From Prorocentrum cordatum (taxonomy: Eukaryota), in contig CAUYUJ010000002.1 in the NCBI GenBank assembly GCA_963575745.1, forward strand, positions 2,232,001 to 2,296,000: a DNA stretch of 64,000 nucleotides, read 5' to 3'. Positions 13,051-27,118 of this stretch are shown here, piece after piece; within the stretch, counting starts at the first letter, position 1; every line of letters starts with the position of its first letter. The notes below the pieces were generated by a model. The model had not been told where the DNA came from. It was given only the letters and a program-made list of their open reading frames with translations, and did no database searches. The position numbers were made by a program, and so were the translations under genes.

Positions 13051-14959
13051 TGTCAGGTCGATCGGGTGGACACTACTATCAAAAAGCATCGGGGCGGGAT
13101 CGGGTGTTCAGTGTCATATGGGCGGGCGCGTGAGCGCGACTCTTGGGTGCCTGGGTTTCGGGAGCGCGGCGCTTGAGTAGATTGCAGGAAAATCCGGCGC
13201 AAGGTCGTTATTCTTAAATACGTTGCAAGCGATTCCCCAAACGAGAGCGCGATTCCAGAGCGTTGGGAGAGCGATGCCTGCATAAATTGTAAGGAAGTCC
13301 CAAGCGAGAACGCGATTCCTGAATAAAATGCGAGGAAGTCTCGGGCGGGAGCGGGCCCCCTGGCTAAATTGCGAGGAAGTCTCAGGCGGGAGCCGTTGTT
13401 GTTGTAACCCGGGGGCCAGGGGCACAGTTTGAGCATCAAGATTTTCCTTGTCAAAAAGTATGGTACGAGCGTCGACGGGCACACTTTGATTGAGAAGAAG
13501 CAGTATGCACCAGTGAGGGGGATCAACAATAATTATTCTTCAGAAGTAAGAGTTCAACCACCCACAACACACAACACACAATCCACATCCGACAACCCAC
13601 AACACACAACCGACAACCCACAACCCACAACCCACAACCCACAACAGCAACATCAACAACAAAGCAGCAGCAACAACAACAACAACAAACAATGTTCGGT
13701 ATGGACAAACCTGCTGGCACATACTTCGAGATTTCTGGGGGTCCGCGGAGGAGGACGAGGGGAGGATGAGGAGGAGGAAGACGACGAGGGGAGGAGAGGC
13801 AGAGACAGTCAGTGAGTACATCAGCGGGCACAAGCTTTTATTGGCCGAGACGGAGCAGAGGGGGAAAAGGCCATACGCTCTATGCCAAAAGCGCTCACGC
13901 ATCGCGAGGGCAGGCGAGAGGGCACCCTGGGAAACCAGAAAAGGAGGAGGAGAACGGGTGGCAGGCTCTGTTGCGCGTGAATTGTGGTTCTTTGGGGGCG
14001 TGGCGCAACGACGGGAATGTTTGCCAGGACCATTATCGAGGTCATATTGCGTGACGCGAGAAACGGCGTGGCGTAAACGCCCTTGTTTGCAATTTTTTTC
14101 GCAATCATAACAGCCTCCACGGCGCGCGCGCCGGCGACCCCCGACGCGCGTTCCGCGGACGCTGCGGCTCAGAGCTGCCCGGCGTGAGCAGGTCGGAGTC
14201 GTGCAGCCGACGGGGGACAGGAGGTGGTGTCACACACCCCTTCCCCCCCCTGCTGGTACCAGGGCAAGCAGGGGCAGGCCGCCCGCAACTAGTCGCTCCT
14301 CCCGCGGACACGGGAGGCGCCACTCGCCGGAGCTACGGGCCGCCTCACTATCTCCACAGGCCTGCCGACGCCCGCCCCCCCCCCACCAGGAAGCCCCGCT
14401 TCCCCTGGCCATCAGGCCAGGTGAGGCTGGTGGGCGACCCTGGGGACGACGAGTGGGCCCCCGCAGAAACCTCGGAGGGCACGCCGGCGGACCAGGCGCT
14501 GCGCCAGCGGGCTGGGCACCGGGGGCCAAGCGACCTTACTGCGGGACGCCCGCGGTGAAACTGTGCACGAGGGGAGAGGGAGGGGCGCACGAGAGGGGGA
14601 GAGGGCCCCGCGAGCACCGCGGGCAGCCCCAAGCCCAAAAGGCATGGGAACAAACGAAACATGGCCCATCCCGACTGCGAGGTGGAGGGGCGCCTTGCTG
14701 CAAGCACAAGAACGCGAGAGCGGGAGGGGGACAAGGACAAGGGGAAAGACAAACACAAAGTAACACGCGGAGGGGCCCCCCCTCACCGGAGTAGCCGAGC
14801 GGCGCGCATCACGACTGTGAAGCACGGGGAGCGTCAGACCTGGCGGTGCTGTCGGGCGGTCCGAGCGGCAGCGGGATGCCCCGCCACCTACCCCGAGTCA
14901 GGAGAAGAGGAGGAAGAGGAGGAAGAGGAGGAAGAGGACGACGAGGAGGAGAAGGAACA

Positions 14960-17867
14960 CGGAGCACACCTGCGAATGGCCCTACCTGCAAAGCCCACGT
15001 GTTGGATACGCGTGAAGGAGCACGTTGTGTCGCCGAACAAGAGCTGGAGCAGCAAATCTGGCGCCGGATCCCCTGGAAAAAGCTCCCGGCGTTCCCGGTC
15101 GAGCACGGGGCAAGCACTTAGCGCGTGACGCACCGAAACCCTGCGGCATCCGCAGGCTCTGCACCGGCGCAGGTGCATGGGGTGCTCCTTACCCCCCATG
15201 ACCGACAGGGGCCACTTGCCCGTCATTCGGGCCACAGCCCAAAGGCGGTAGTGGGACCAGAAGGACGGCCCTGGCTCCCCGGCCAACAAGTCTAGGTCCA
15301 GTGGCGATGGGAAGGTGCACAAGGCGGCAAAAGAGCGATTAAAGGGTGCCAAAATTGGCATGGCAGCCTTAAGAGAGACGGACGCAGCACCTCGAGCCGG
15401 TACGACTTGAGGATTGCTTTCCTAGCGGCGGACGACACACGCGCCTCGTCCAGCAGGGCGGCGGGGAATAAGGGATGCCCCTCGAGGTCCGGCGGGGGCG
15501 GGGCCAGGCGCTGGGCCAGAGCGACCACTGCCGACTCCCACGTGGGGGTGGCCAAAGACCGAGCCGCCCGCAGCATGAGGGCACCTGGGTGTTCCCCCGG
15601 CAGGACCATGAGCCGTGCTCGCGCCATCAGCGCCTTCTCTAAAAATCTCGTCCCCAGGCGCATTGGCCAGCCACATTGGGCGACGACCACGGCATGGCGA
15701 ATCGGCGGTCCCTTGTGGCACCCCAAAAGGCGACGGCCCCAAGTCACCTGCAACTTGTTCATGGTTGATTCCGCGCCGGGCACGGCGGCCAGGAGCGGGG
15801 CAGCGTACAAAACCACAGATTCAACTCGGGCTGGGACCTGCGCCGCAGCCACTGGGATGGAGAAGCCCCCAGACTCTGCCGCATACAACAGCTTGGAGAA
15901 GCAGCTATGCCCGACGGCGACGATTTCACGGAGGAGGGGGTAAAACGTCAGGTCGGAATCCACCAAAATTTCCCAGGAGGACCTTGCGGTCTACTTCTGG
16001 GCAGCCGGCGAGACTGGGGGGGGCGCACCCAGGACTGGAAGAACGCACGTCTTGGATTTCTCACGGGAGAAAAACGACGTAAAAGTGCGCGCGTACCTAC
16101 TGCACGCGGATTCGTCCTCAGGAGACAGGACGGCGCGCACCGCCCCTATAGATGGGCAGGCTACCGTGATGTCGTCGACAAACTGGGCAGGCGGCATGTG
16201 CAATTCACCCGCGAGCTCCACCACCGCGGCTCTGTCCGCTAGGGCGGGGACGGCGCTGAGCCGGGCGGCTAACGCGGCTTCGGCGCGCGGCCATGGCGGG
16301 GATTCGGTCGCCGCCACCCGTAGCACTTCATGCAACATTGCCGCCGCGGGAAAGGCCCGGTCAGGCATTGCCGCCTCGGTGGCTGGGGGGTTAGCCTCGC
16401 CCGCAGCAGTCCTAGCTTGTCTAGCCAGGCGCGGGGCCACGGTGGCGCACCCCCCGGGGACTGCGGCGGCGATCTCAATGGGCAGCGCTTACAATTGCGC
16501 GTTGAAAATATGGACCGAAAAACGCCTGCCCTGGGCGGTACCGCACCCGAGGGCGAACACCGGCGACAATAAGTTGTGCAGGCCGACCGCCTGATGGTTT
16601 TGTGCCAACACGTCGTCCAGCAACAGCCAGTCCGACCCGCGTACGCCGGCTTCAAAAACGCCGCACAGCATGCCATTCACCGAGGCTACGTCAAACGCCC
16701 ATTTGTTGTCCGCGACAGCCCACCAAGTTGGCAGGTCTTGCGCGGCCCGCAACTGGGCATTCATAGTGAGAGCGATGACCAAAGAAACAGTATCGCCCAC
16801 CCCCCCTGCTGGGACGGGCCACAGTAAGCCTCGATGAGAGGTCCATTGCGAGCAATCCATGCCGCGTCTTGGACTGAGGCCATGTCAGTCGTGAACGAGA
16901 TTGGCCGCAATGACTTGATCTTCCGCACAGTCGCCGGCCCTGACTTGCGGATTGGGGCAAAATGGCGAAGAGACCATGGACGGGCCGTTACGCACAGCGC
17001 GCGACCCAGATTGAGTAGTGCCCGCGTCAGGCGGAAGCCCTCCTCAACCTGGACCCGCAAGGCTGCGTTGCACAAGTGAACCGTGCGCTTGCCTGGCTTG
17101 AGCAGGGAAAGCGCCGCTTCGACCTCGTGGTCGGCGCATGGTCGTTCCGGATACAGGGGCCCCGCCTCCGCCCCCGAGCGGCGGATGGCGGTGACCGCCT
17201 GCGCAAGGCTGTCCCTGGCCTCCGGGCACTGCGGGAAATCATTGTGGGCCCTAGAATACAAATCGTCACGGATCGCATCGATCATGCCGCTAGTGGACAA
17301 AGCGTGCCCAGTGATGGAATCCACTAGCTGGATATCGAACTTCGCAGTTGACTTGAAAAATTCCGATAAGAAGCGCTCGGCGGCGCCAGCGTTGGTTTCG
17401 CGGAGGTCCAGGTAGCGGTGGACAGCTTTGCGTCTCTCCTGCCACGCCGCCGCCGATGCGGCTTCCCGGAAGGCCTCATGGGACGGGTAAGCCGAGGGGT
17501 CAAGCGGGGGGCGCCGCGACGTGTCTCTGCTCCTACTGGCGACGCCCGTCGTGCGGGTGGCCGAAGAGGCATGCCCCACCATTGCATAAATGGTATCGCG
17601 CGTCCAGGCGGCTACATTGAGGACGGCCCGGCGCTGGAGGCGGGTGGCCCCGCCTCCGTACCAGGGTGGCCGGAGCCACTGACTAGTGCCTACCGTTTCA
17701 ATAGCAGTGGCGAGCGCCTGTAGCGTGCTGGCCACTTCCCGAAGGCCAGTCTCCCACTCCTCGCCCGAAGTCCAGGCGACGCGCCCGAACCCCGCCGAAT
17801 TCTGCGTGGTTACCCGGCAAGGCACGTCAATCAGCACGAGTCTGTGGTCAATCAGCACGAGTCTGTG
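14960..17867 (-). mobile_element. 5'-truncated, frameshifted non-LTR (LINE) retrotransposon ORF2
   Basis: Ordered motifs on minus strand: IDHRLV (endonuclease end), LRPISF, SQQG, ADNKWAFD, GTAQGRRFSVHIFN, FVDD, FSREKSK, C-terminal CRACG..VRHALSACP; ends next to a (TCC)n tract. Confidence 0.9.
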
Positions 17868-20216
17868 TCTTGTCTTGCCTTGCCTTGCCTTGTCTTGTCT
17901 TGTCTTGTCTTGTCTGGGTCTTCGGCACCAGGCCGTTGAGTTCCAGCTCGAAGCCGAGCAACCGTTACGACAAATTCGGCATATTTTATTTTCAAGCCGT
18001 TCCATTGCAACTTCGGCTCTATCATCTTGCAGCGCGGAGAGCGCTTAACACCGAGGCCACATCCCACCTTAGCAGAGTGGTGGGCCGCGCATAACAGCAA
18101 AACTCGTCCACGTCTTGAGTCAGTTACTGCACCTCATTCCTTGTTTGCAATGGGGCGTGCCGCGCTGTCGGCCCGCCGCGGCGTAAGGTGGCTATGTCGT
18201 TTCGCGTAAGACGAAGTGCACACGCAATCCATATAGTTGGAGATGGGCGGGCCAAGGGGAAACTCCCCCCCGACCTCCTCGCGCAATTACAAAAATAGCA
18301 GCGACGGGCACAGTCCTTGCGGCCACAGCTGGACCTCCCGCTGGGGCGCGATCGGCGTGAGGGGTGTGCCGAAATAGGCGCGGGGACTCCATGTGAGCAC
18401 CCCCACTGGGGACATAGATTGAGCTTTCCGTGAAGCAAGATCCGCGTGGGGGGTGTGCCGAAATTGTCGCGGCGGCCCTATGCGGACACATCCATTGGGG
18501 CCGCAGGTGGCCATACGGACGCACCCAGTAGGGCAACAAGTAAAGCTCCCGTTGGGGCACGATCTGCATGAGAGGTAGGCCGAAATGGGCGAAGGACGCC
18601 ATGCTGACGCACTCACTGGAGCCGCAGGTCGAGCTCCATATGGACAACGATCCGTGGGAGTGATGTGCCGAAGTGGGCGCGGCGTCAACATATGAACGCA
18701 CACAGTGGGGCCGTAGGTGGAGCTCCCTATGGGCCATAATCCGCTTGATGGGTGTGCCGAAGTGGGCGCAGCAGCGGTTGTCTGGCCTTGTCTTGTCTTG
18801 CTTTGCCTTGCCTTGCCTTGCCTTGCCTTGTCTTGTCTTGTCTTGTCTTGTCTTGTCTTGTCTTGCCTTGCCTTGTCTTGTCTTGTCTTGTCTTGTCTTG
18901 TCGTGTCTTGTCTTGTCTTGTCTTGTATTGTCTTGTCTTGTCTTGTCTTGTCTTGTCTTGTCTTGTCTTGCCTTGCCTTGCCTTGCCTTGCCTTGCCTTA
19001 CCTTGCCTTGTCTTGCCTTGCCTTGCCTTGCCTTGCCTTGCCTTGCCTTGCCGTGCCTTGCCTTGCCTTGCCTTGCCTTGTCTTCTCTTGTCTTGTCTTG
19101 TCTTGTCTTGTCTTGTATTGTCTTGTCTTGTCTTGTCTTGTCTTGTCTTGTCGTGTCTTGTCGTGTCTTGTCGTGTCTTGTCTTGTCTTGTCTTGTCTTG
19201 TCTTGTCTTGTCTTGTCTTGTCTTCTCGTGTCTTGTCTTGTCTTGTATTGCCTTGCCTTGCCTTGCCTTGCCTTGCCTTGTCTTGTCTTGGCTTGGCTTG
19301 CCTTGCCTTGTCTTGTCTTGTCTTGTCGTGTCTTGTTTTGTCTTGTCTTGTCTGGGTCTTCGGCACCAGGCCGTTGAGTTCCAGCTCGAAGCCGAGCAAC
19401 CGTTACGACAAATTCTGCATATTTTATTTTCAAGCCGTTCCATTGCAACTTCGGCTCTATCATCTTGCAGCGCGGAGAGCGCTTAGCACCGAGGCCACAT
19501 CCCACCTTAGCAGAGTGGTGGGCCGCGCATAACAGCAAAACTCGTCCACGTCTTGAGTCAGTTACTGCACCTCATTCCTTGTTTGCAATGGGGCGTGCCG
19601 CGCTGTCGGCCCGCCGCGGCGTAAGGTGGCTATGTCGTCTCGCGTAAGACGAAGTGCACACGCAATCAATATAGTTGGAGATGGGCGGGCCAAGGGGAAA
19701 CTCCCCCCCCGACCTCCTCGCGCAATTACAAAATAGCAGCGACGGGCACAGTCCTTGCGGCCACAGCTGGACCTCCCGCTGGGGCGCGATCGGCGTGAGG
19801 GGTGTGCCGAAATGGGCGCGGGGACTCCATGTGAGCACCCCCACTGGGGACATAGATTGAGCTTTCCGTGAAGCAAGATCCGCGTGGGGGGTGTGCCGAA
19901 ATTGTCGCGGCGGCCCTATGCGGACACATCCATTGGGGCCGCAGGTGGCCATACGGACGCACCCAGTAGGGCAACAAGTAAAGCTCCCGTTGGGGCACGA
20001 TCTGCATGAGAGGTAGGCCGAAATGGGCGAAGGACGCCATGCTGACGCACTCACTGGAGCCGCAGGTCGAGCTCCATATGGACAACGATCCGTGGGAGTG
20101 ATGTGCCGAAGTGGGCGCGGCGTCAACATATGAACGCACACAGTGGGGCCGTAGGTGGATCTCCCTATGGGCCATAATCCGCTTGATGGGTGTGCCGAAG
20201 TGGGCGCAGCAGCGGT
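17868..20216. repeat. Tandem duplication with 1438-bp offset
   Basis: 17913-18778 is nearly identical to 19351-20216; each copy is preceded by TCTTG/CCTTG repeats. Confidence 0.93.
18784..19351. repeat. (TCTTG)n/(CCTTG)n pentanucleotide microsatellite
   Basis: Direct reading. Confidence 0.95.
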
Positions 20217-21099
20217 GTGCGGACACTGGGGCCACAGGTGGAGTGTTCTACAGGGCACGAGCCTGGTAAGGGGTGTGCCAAAATGGTCGCGGCAGCAACA
20301 GCAGAGAGGCAACGGACAAGAGGAAATGGAGACAAAGGAGGAGGCGGAGGAGGAGCGGGAGGAGGAGGAGGAAGATGAGCAGTAGCAGCAGCAGTAGGAG
20401 CACGTACAGGAGGAGCAGGAGAAACAGGAAAAAGCAAAGGAGAAGGGGCAAGGGCAAGGGGGAGGACGACGACGACGACGACGAGGGGATGAGGGGATGA
20501 GGGCATGAGGGGGGAGGAGGTGAGACGCACGGCGTGGCAGATTCAAAACGAGGACTGAATAAAACAGGGGGGTTGGGAACGAAAGCAAATGCGGCTGGGA
20601 GTGGGCGGGCCGAGGGGGAGTTGCCCAGACCTCCGCGCGAGAAAGCAAAAACAAACAAAAACAAACACGCGTTTGCATGTAACTGTTGTTTCCAGGGAGG
20701 CCACAGCACAATCAAACACGAACACGCTGCGAGATCTCATGGGGATGCTTGGGCGCAGGCCGAACCTGGTGTCTGCCGGTGCAGGCCCAGCTCTCAAGTG
20801 CTGAGTCGAGCAGCCGTGCACGGCCGCAGGCCCGGAAGCGCCCGTCGAGGAGTTGAAGAGGCAGCTTGGCACGAAGGAAACGAGTCCTCGTGATCGCCCA
20901 GAACGCATTCACTATACAATGCGTATGTGCCAGTATCCCTGGCCGGTGCCGCGGCGCCAGAAATGTGCGAAAGAACACATGGTGTTATTGGCGGAGGCGC
21001 AACGTGAAATCCCACCTACGCAAAAATTGTTTTTTTTCTTTGTTTGTTTTTTAGAGAATCTATATATATATATATATATATAGATTATACAAAAAAGTT

Positions 21100-21200
21100 T
21101 GGGGATTATTTCTTGACCATGTGTTGAATATGTTTGAGCATTTTGGGTGTATTTTTCTCCCGTCCAAAATCCGCCTGTAAGGGGACATGCCCGACTTAAA
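21100..21200. mobile_element. Right half of ~145-bp MITE-like family
   Basis: CCAAAATCCGCCTGTAAGGGGACATGCCCGAC matches right arms at 28100 and 38989. Confidence 0.55.
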
Positions 21201-22927
21201 CCTAGACGCCGGGGCCTTGCCCCAGGACCAGCTCTTCATCCCGTGTCGTCTTCGGGTGGTCCAGGGGGGCCTTGGGAGGGCCTCGAGAGCCCCAAGAGCA
21301 CCGAAGGATCTCCGGACAAGTTGCCCTCGGGACCCGCTTCCTTCGTGGCGAGCAGCGCCCTTCTTCTGCCAGCCTTGGCCGGTCTGCCCACCCGTCAGGG
21401 TCGAGTTCGACGCCTTGGGCCTGGCGCTCCGCCTGGACGCGAGGCCCCTCGTGCCGGAGTCGCTCTGCCTGCAGCAGTTGGGGGGGACAGGTTTCTGGTT
21501 TGTGCTCCCGCCCCAGACATGCGACGTCCTGATTTTTGTCACTACGGGGTCTCTGGAAGTCCCGACCCTTACCCCAGGACCGGCTTTTCGTCCTGGGTCT
21601 TTTTTTGTCGGCCTCAAGGCCAGGCGAGGGCCATCCGAGTCCGACATTGGCAAAAATTTAAAAATCTCCCGTCCTGATTTCTTTACGGCGCGATCATGTC
21701 TGGGGCTGATGTCGTGAATGCCTGCCGCCTCTCCAGCTCTCCGCCACGCGGGTGGGCGCAGCGGGGCGGGCGGGCACCCCGGCCCGCCTTTGCACTGACG
21801 CTCCACGCAGTCGCGCCCGCGGCTTGCCCCCAGAAAAAGGTAGGAGGGAAAGAGACGCACGGACACAAAGAAACGTCGATTCCTGGGAAAATGTAGGAAC
21901 TTGGGCCCCTTCAACCTTCTCCTCCTCCTCCTCCTCCTCCTCTTTTTCTTAGCCAGGCCGCCAAGCGCGCACGCTGAGGCGTCAGCTCCTCCTCCTCCTC
22001 CTCCTCCTCCTCCTCCTCCTCCTCCTCCTCCTCCTTGTCCTCCCAGAGGGGGAGCGACGCAGAGGCAGGGGAGCGTAAAATGGGCACGGTCAGAGACTCT
22101 TTGCTCCGCGAGTCGCTGCGTCGGCTCTGGCCCACCACGCGTCGGCGCGACACGCCAAGCGCGACCCCATCTCCAAGCGGCAATGTCCGGGACTCGTCCG
22201 AGCCGCCCGCCCCGCCTGAGCGGAGCGATATGCTATCCGCTTGCACGGCGCAGCGTGTCGCCTGGACCGTCGCCGCGGCACGGTAAGCAAAAACTCCTGA
22301 TCGTAGTCAGACGATCTTTGAAGTCCGGGAGGTGCGTGCAGATTGATGGCCATACTTTAACACTCCTTGGAGTTTCCCGAAGAAGTTCGGCGATTCCCAG
22401 AGGTTCTGGAAATACTGGAAGAAGTTTCCTCCTCCTCCTGCTCCTCCCGTAGAGACCTACCCGAGTCGTCTCAGAGCCCACGGTAAACCCAGCCGATTCC
22501 AGCGGAACCTTTAACGGAGCCCATCAATTCCTCTCGCTTCGCGGGGTGCACGTCCGGAGTACGTACAGTGAAATCGTTTTGGGGGTTCTCGGGAGTTTCG
22601 TGGGGGCGTCTTGGGCCGTCTTGGGGACGTCTTTGGGGCCTATCCCCCCTCCGTCCTTTTCATATTCCCTCCCCATATCCCCTTCCAGCGCCAGCACTAA
22701 TCATGGGCGCCGCCGTGACCAACTTCCACCTGGCTGGCGCTGCGCCGCACTTCGCCCAGAGGGGGGAAATGACAGTACACTCCAGTCGTTGTGTGGGCGT
22801 TGGGGGGCTTCTACGGGGCCTTTCGGAGGCTTTTTGGAGGTTTCTTGGAAGCCTTTTGGGGGTTCCTTGGGGCCCCTTGGGGGCCTCTTGAGGGCCTCTT
22901 GGGGGCGTCCTGGGCCGTCTTAGAGTG

Positions 22928-23915
22928 TTTTTACTTAACAGCGAAGACTGATAGGTTTCTAGTTGATTCAAAAGAGCTCACAGATCACTCCACAGGGGGG
23001 TCCGGGCAGGTGTTGGGAGTTGCCGGGCGGCAGGGGGGCCCGCTCGTTTTTCACCAACAGTCACACACTTCGTGCTCTTCGACTTCCCAGAACTCCATTC
23101 CCAGGCCACATTCTGGAGGGCCGGATGCAACAGTCACACACTTCGTGCTCTTCGAGATCCCAGAACGCCATTCCCGGGCCACCTTTAGAATAACCGGATG
23201 CAACAGTCACACACTTCGTGCTCTTCGAGTTCCCAGAACTCCATTCCCGGGCCACATTTTGGATGCCCGGAGCCAACTGTAGGCCACTTCGTGCTCTTCG
23301 AGTTCCCAGAACTCCATTCCCGGGCCACATTTTGGATGCCCGGAGCCAACTGTAGGCCACTTCGTGGTCTTCGAGTTCCCAGAACTCCATTCCCGGGCCA
23401 CATTTTGGATGCCCGGAGCCAACTGTAGGCCACTTCGTGTCTTCGAGTTCCCAGAACTCCATTCCCGGGCCACATTTTGAATGCCCGGAGCCAACTGTAG
23501 GCCACTTCGTGTTCTTCGAGTTCCCAGAACTCCATTCCCGGGCCACACATGAGGCTGAGGCTGCTGAGGCAGGCTGAGGCTGAGGCTGAGGCTGAGGCTG
23601 AGGCTGATGCAGGCTGAGGCTGAGGCAGGCTGAGGCTGAGGCCGAGGCTGAAGGCAGACTGAGGCTGAGGCTGAAGCAGGCTGAGGCTGAGGCTGAGGCA
23701 GGCTGAGGCTGAGGCAGGCTGAGGCTGAGGCTGAGGCAGGCTGAGGCTGAGGCTGTGTCTGTGACTGCCGTTGCCACTGCGACTGTCATCGCGAATGCGA
23801 CTACGACTGCGAGAACAGCACAATTCTACAACTGGATTCTCATCTGAATCTTAAGGGGAATGCTTCCAGATATGCTCCTACACATCGCTGTTAGGTTGTT
23901 TTGCCGGGATAATTT
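22928..23915 (+). mobile_element. Family 3 element: 73-bp tandem array plus (GAGGCT)n
   Basis: T-run, CTTAACAGCGA (22934-22944) inverted to TCGCTGTTAGG (23885-23895), ends GATAATTTT; inverted copy at 28396-29677. Confidence 0.78.
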
Positions 23916-23919
23916 TCTA

Positions 23920-25050
23920 CCGTTTCGCCTCTTCGGAGGCCGTCTTTGGGGCCTCTCGCGGCCGCCTTGGGGCCCTCTTGGGGTCCTCCTGGGCCGTCTT
24001 AGGGGCCTCTTGGACCGTCTTGGGGGCCTCTTTGGGCCGTCTTGGGGCCCTCTTGGGCCGTCTTGGGGCCCTTTTGGTGACTTTTCGGGTTGTTCTGGGA
24101 CGATATTGGAAGCTGTTTGGGCCGCAACGGCGAGAACGCTGAAATATCGCCAAAATCATAGGACGACCAACGATTTCGGCATATGGAGGCGCAGTTGTGG
24201 GCGCTATTGGGGCCCTCTTGGGCCGTCATTGGGGCTTTTGGGGCCCTATTGGGACCATCTTGAGCCGTCTTGGCGCCCTCGTGGCCCCCCAAGAGGCCCA
24301 AGAGGCAGAAATTGCTGATTTCCCAATGGTTTTTTGCATGTTTTTAGGGCCCCGGAAGGGGGCGACCATTTTGGCACGGCGCTGTGGCGCGGCTCCCAGG
24401 GGGGTTCGGGGGGGAGACATAATAATGTGACACAATACAATCTGTTGCAATTATGGAATTTTTGGACACATTGGACACGTTGCATCAAGGCAAGAGGCTT
24501 ACGCCATTCCGCCGACTCCCAGACGAGGCGTGGAGTCCACGCCTGAGGCGTCGTGGGCTTCTTGGGCGCATGGGGGGGGTTCTTATGGGCGTCTTGAGCG
24601 CTGTTTTAGGGCCTGGCGGAGCCTCCTGGAGGCAGTTTTGAGGCGTGCTGACGGCCCTTTGGAGCCTCTTTTGGGCCTCTTGGGGCTTATTGTGGGGCCC
24701 TTATGGGCCGCTTGGGGGCTCCTTGGGGCCTTTGGGGGCCTTGGGGCGGAAGGATCGGATTTTCGGTTAATGTTCTTCCTCCTCGCCTCTCTTGGGGCCT
24801 TCGTGGGGTCATTTTGTTGGCCGTCTTGGGCCCCTCTATGGGCCGTCTTGGAGCCGCCCTGGGGCCCTCGTAGGGGCTTCTTGTGCAGTTCAGGGGCGGT
24901 CTAAGGGGCATCCTGTGCCGCCTTTGAGCGTCGGACGCTCGAGAAGACGAGAACCCCAGAAACAACGAACAAAACCGGAGGAAAACCATTGATTGTTGCT
25001 TGTTGGGGCCCTCTTCGGAAGTCTCTTAGGGGCGTCTCGAAGGCGTCGTG
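23920..25050. repeat. Degenerate ~11-bp TTGGGGCCTC/TTGGGCCGTC minisatellite region
   Basis: Same motif family at 22580-22920 and 34250-34780. Confidence 0.7.
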
Positions 25051-25129
25051 GGGCGTCATCGAGCCATCGTAGGCTTCCTGGGCCAATCGCTCCACAATTC
25101 GGAACCGTCTGGGGGCGAAGGGGAAGCCA

Positions 25130-27118
25130 AACCGTGAGTAGTTTTTCGCTTAACCGTGAGTGTTGTTTCGCTGAACCGTGAGTGATTGAGTGCACGCTGT
25201 GAGTGCACGCTGTGTTGAGTGTACGCTGTGAGCCCACGCTGTGAGTGCACGCTGTGTTGAGTGTACGTTGTAAGCCCACGCTGTGGGCCCACGCTGTGGG
25301 TGCACGCTGTGAGCCCACGCTGTGAGTGCACGCTGTGAGCCCACGCTGTGGGCCCACGTTGTGAGCCAACGCTATGAGCCCACGCTGTGGGCCCACGCTG
25401 TGAGCCCACGCTGTGAGCACACGCTGCGAGCCCACGCTGTGAGCCCATGCAACACACCACACGCAACACACCGCACACGCAACACAACACACGCGCAACA
25501 CACCACACGCAACACTCCACACGCAACACACCGCACGCAACACACCACACGCAACACTCCGACACCACACGCAACACACCACAGGCAACGCACCATACGC
25601 ACCACACCACACGCCACACACCACACGCAACACACCACACGCCACATACACACACACACACACACGACACACAAGATACCGCGAACAACACATCACACGC
25701 AACACAACACACGCAACACACCACACGCCACGCACGACACGCAACACACCGCACGCAACACACCACACGCAACACACCACACGCCATACACCACACACAT
25801 ACACAGTTCACGCAACACACCATACGCAACACACCACATGCCACACACCACACGCAGCACACCACACGCACACACGACACGCAACATACCACACCCAACA
25901 TTCCACCCGCAACACACCACACGCAACACACCACACGCAACACACCACCCGCAATACACAACACGCAACACACGACACACAGCACACCACACGCCACACG
26001 CCACACACCACACACCACGCACCACACACCACATTTCCCACACCACACACACCATCCACCACCACCCGCCACAGACCACCCGCCACACATCACACAGCAC
26101 CCACCACGCATCACAGACCACACACCACACACCATACACCACACACCGCCTACCGCACACCGCACACCGCACGCCGCACACCGGACACAATACCCAACGC
26201 ACACACGCACACACACACACACCACCACCCCACCACCACATCCACCACCACCGCCAACGATACCGCCACCACCAACGCCACCACCACCACCACCACAATC
26301 ACCGCCACCACCACTCCCACCGCCACCACCACCGCACACAAACGCATGCACACACACCACAGAGGAAATCATTCTCGGACGCGGAGAAATCCAGCGCGTA
26401 AGTAATTCGAGATTCCGTCGGGCCCACAGCGTGCACTCACAGCGTGCGCTCACGGTCTTTCTCACCGGGTGGCGCGCAGCGTGCGCTCACAGCGTGCACT
26501 CACAGCGTGGGCTCACAGCGTGCACTCACAGCGTGATTGGCCCACGCTGCTGTGCGTGCCCGCCGTGGTGAGCCCACGCTGCGAGCCCACGCTCTGAGCC
26601 CACGCTCTGCGTCCACGCTGTGAGCCCACGCTGTGAGCCCACGCTGAGAGCCCACGCTGTGAGCCCACGCTGTGAGCCCACGCTGTGGGCCCACGCTGTG
26701 AGCCACGCTGTGAGCCCACGCTGTGAGCCCACGCTGTGAGCCCACGCTGTGAGCCCACGCTGTGAGCCCACGCTGTGAGCCCACGCTGTGAGCCCACGCT
26801 GTGAGCGCACGCTGTGAGCGCAGGCTGTGCGAGCGCGCTCATCAGCTCAGCGAGCCCTCGACGCCGCGTGTACTCGCAGCGTGCACTCGCAGCGTGCACT
26901 CACAGCGTGCGCTCACCGCAGCGTGCACTCACAGCGTGCACTCACAGCGTGTACTCACCACAGCGTGGGCTCACAGCGTGCGCTCACAGCGTGTACCCAC
27001 CACTGCGTGCGCTCACAGCGTGCACTCACAGCGTGCGCTCACCACAGCATGCACGCACAGCGTGCACTCACAGCGTGCACTCAATCACTCACGGTTAAGC
27101 GCAAAGCTCCTCACGATT
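25130..27118. mobile_element. Foldback-like element with inverted arms made of 13-bp repeats
   Basis: CGCTGAACCGTGAGTGATTGAGTGCACGCTGTGAGTGCACGCTG (25169-25212) inverted at 27058-27101; arrays of GAG(C/T)(C/G)CACGCTGT in alternating orientation; CA-rich centre. Confidence 0.7.

Noticed and set aside
18192..19538. Long QDKTR / LVLSC ORFs
   Set aside because: Translations of a pentanucleotide microsatellite
24890..26571. Long Cys/Val or His/Thr ORFs
   Set aside because: CA-rich low-complexity sequence lacking stops
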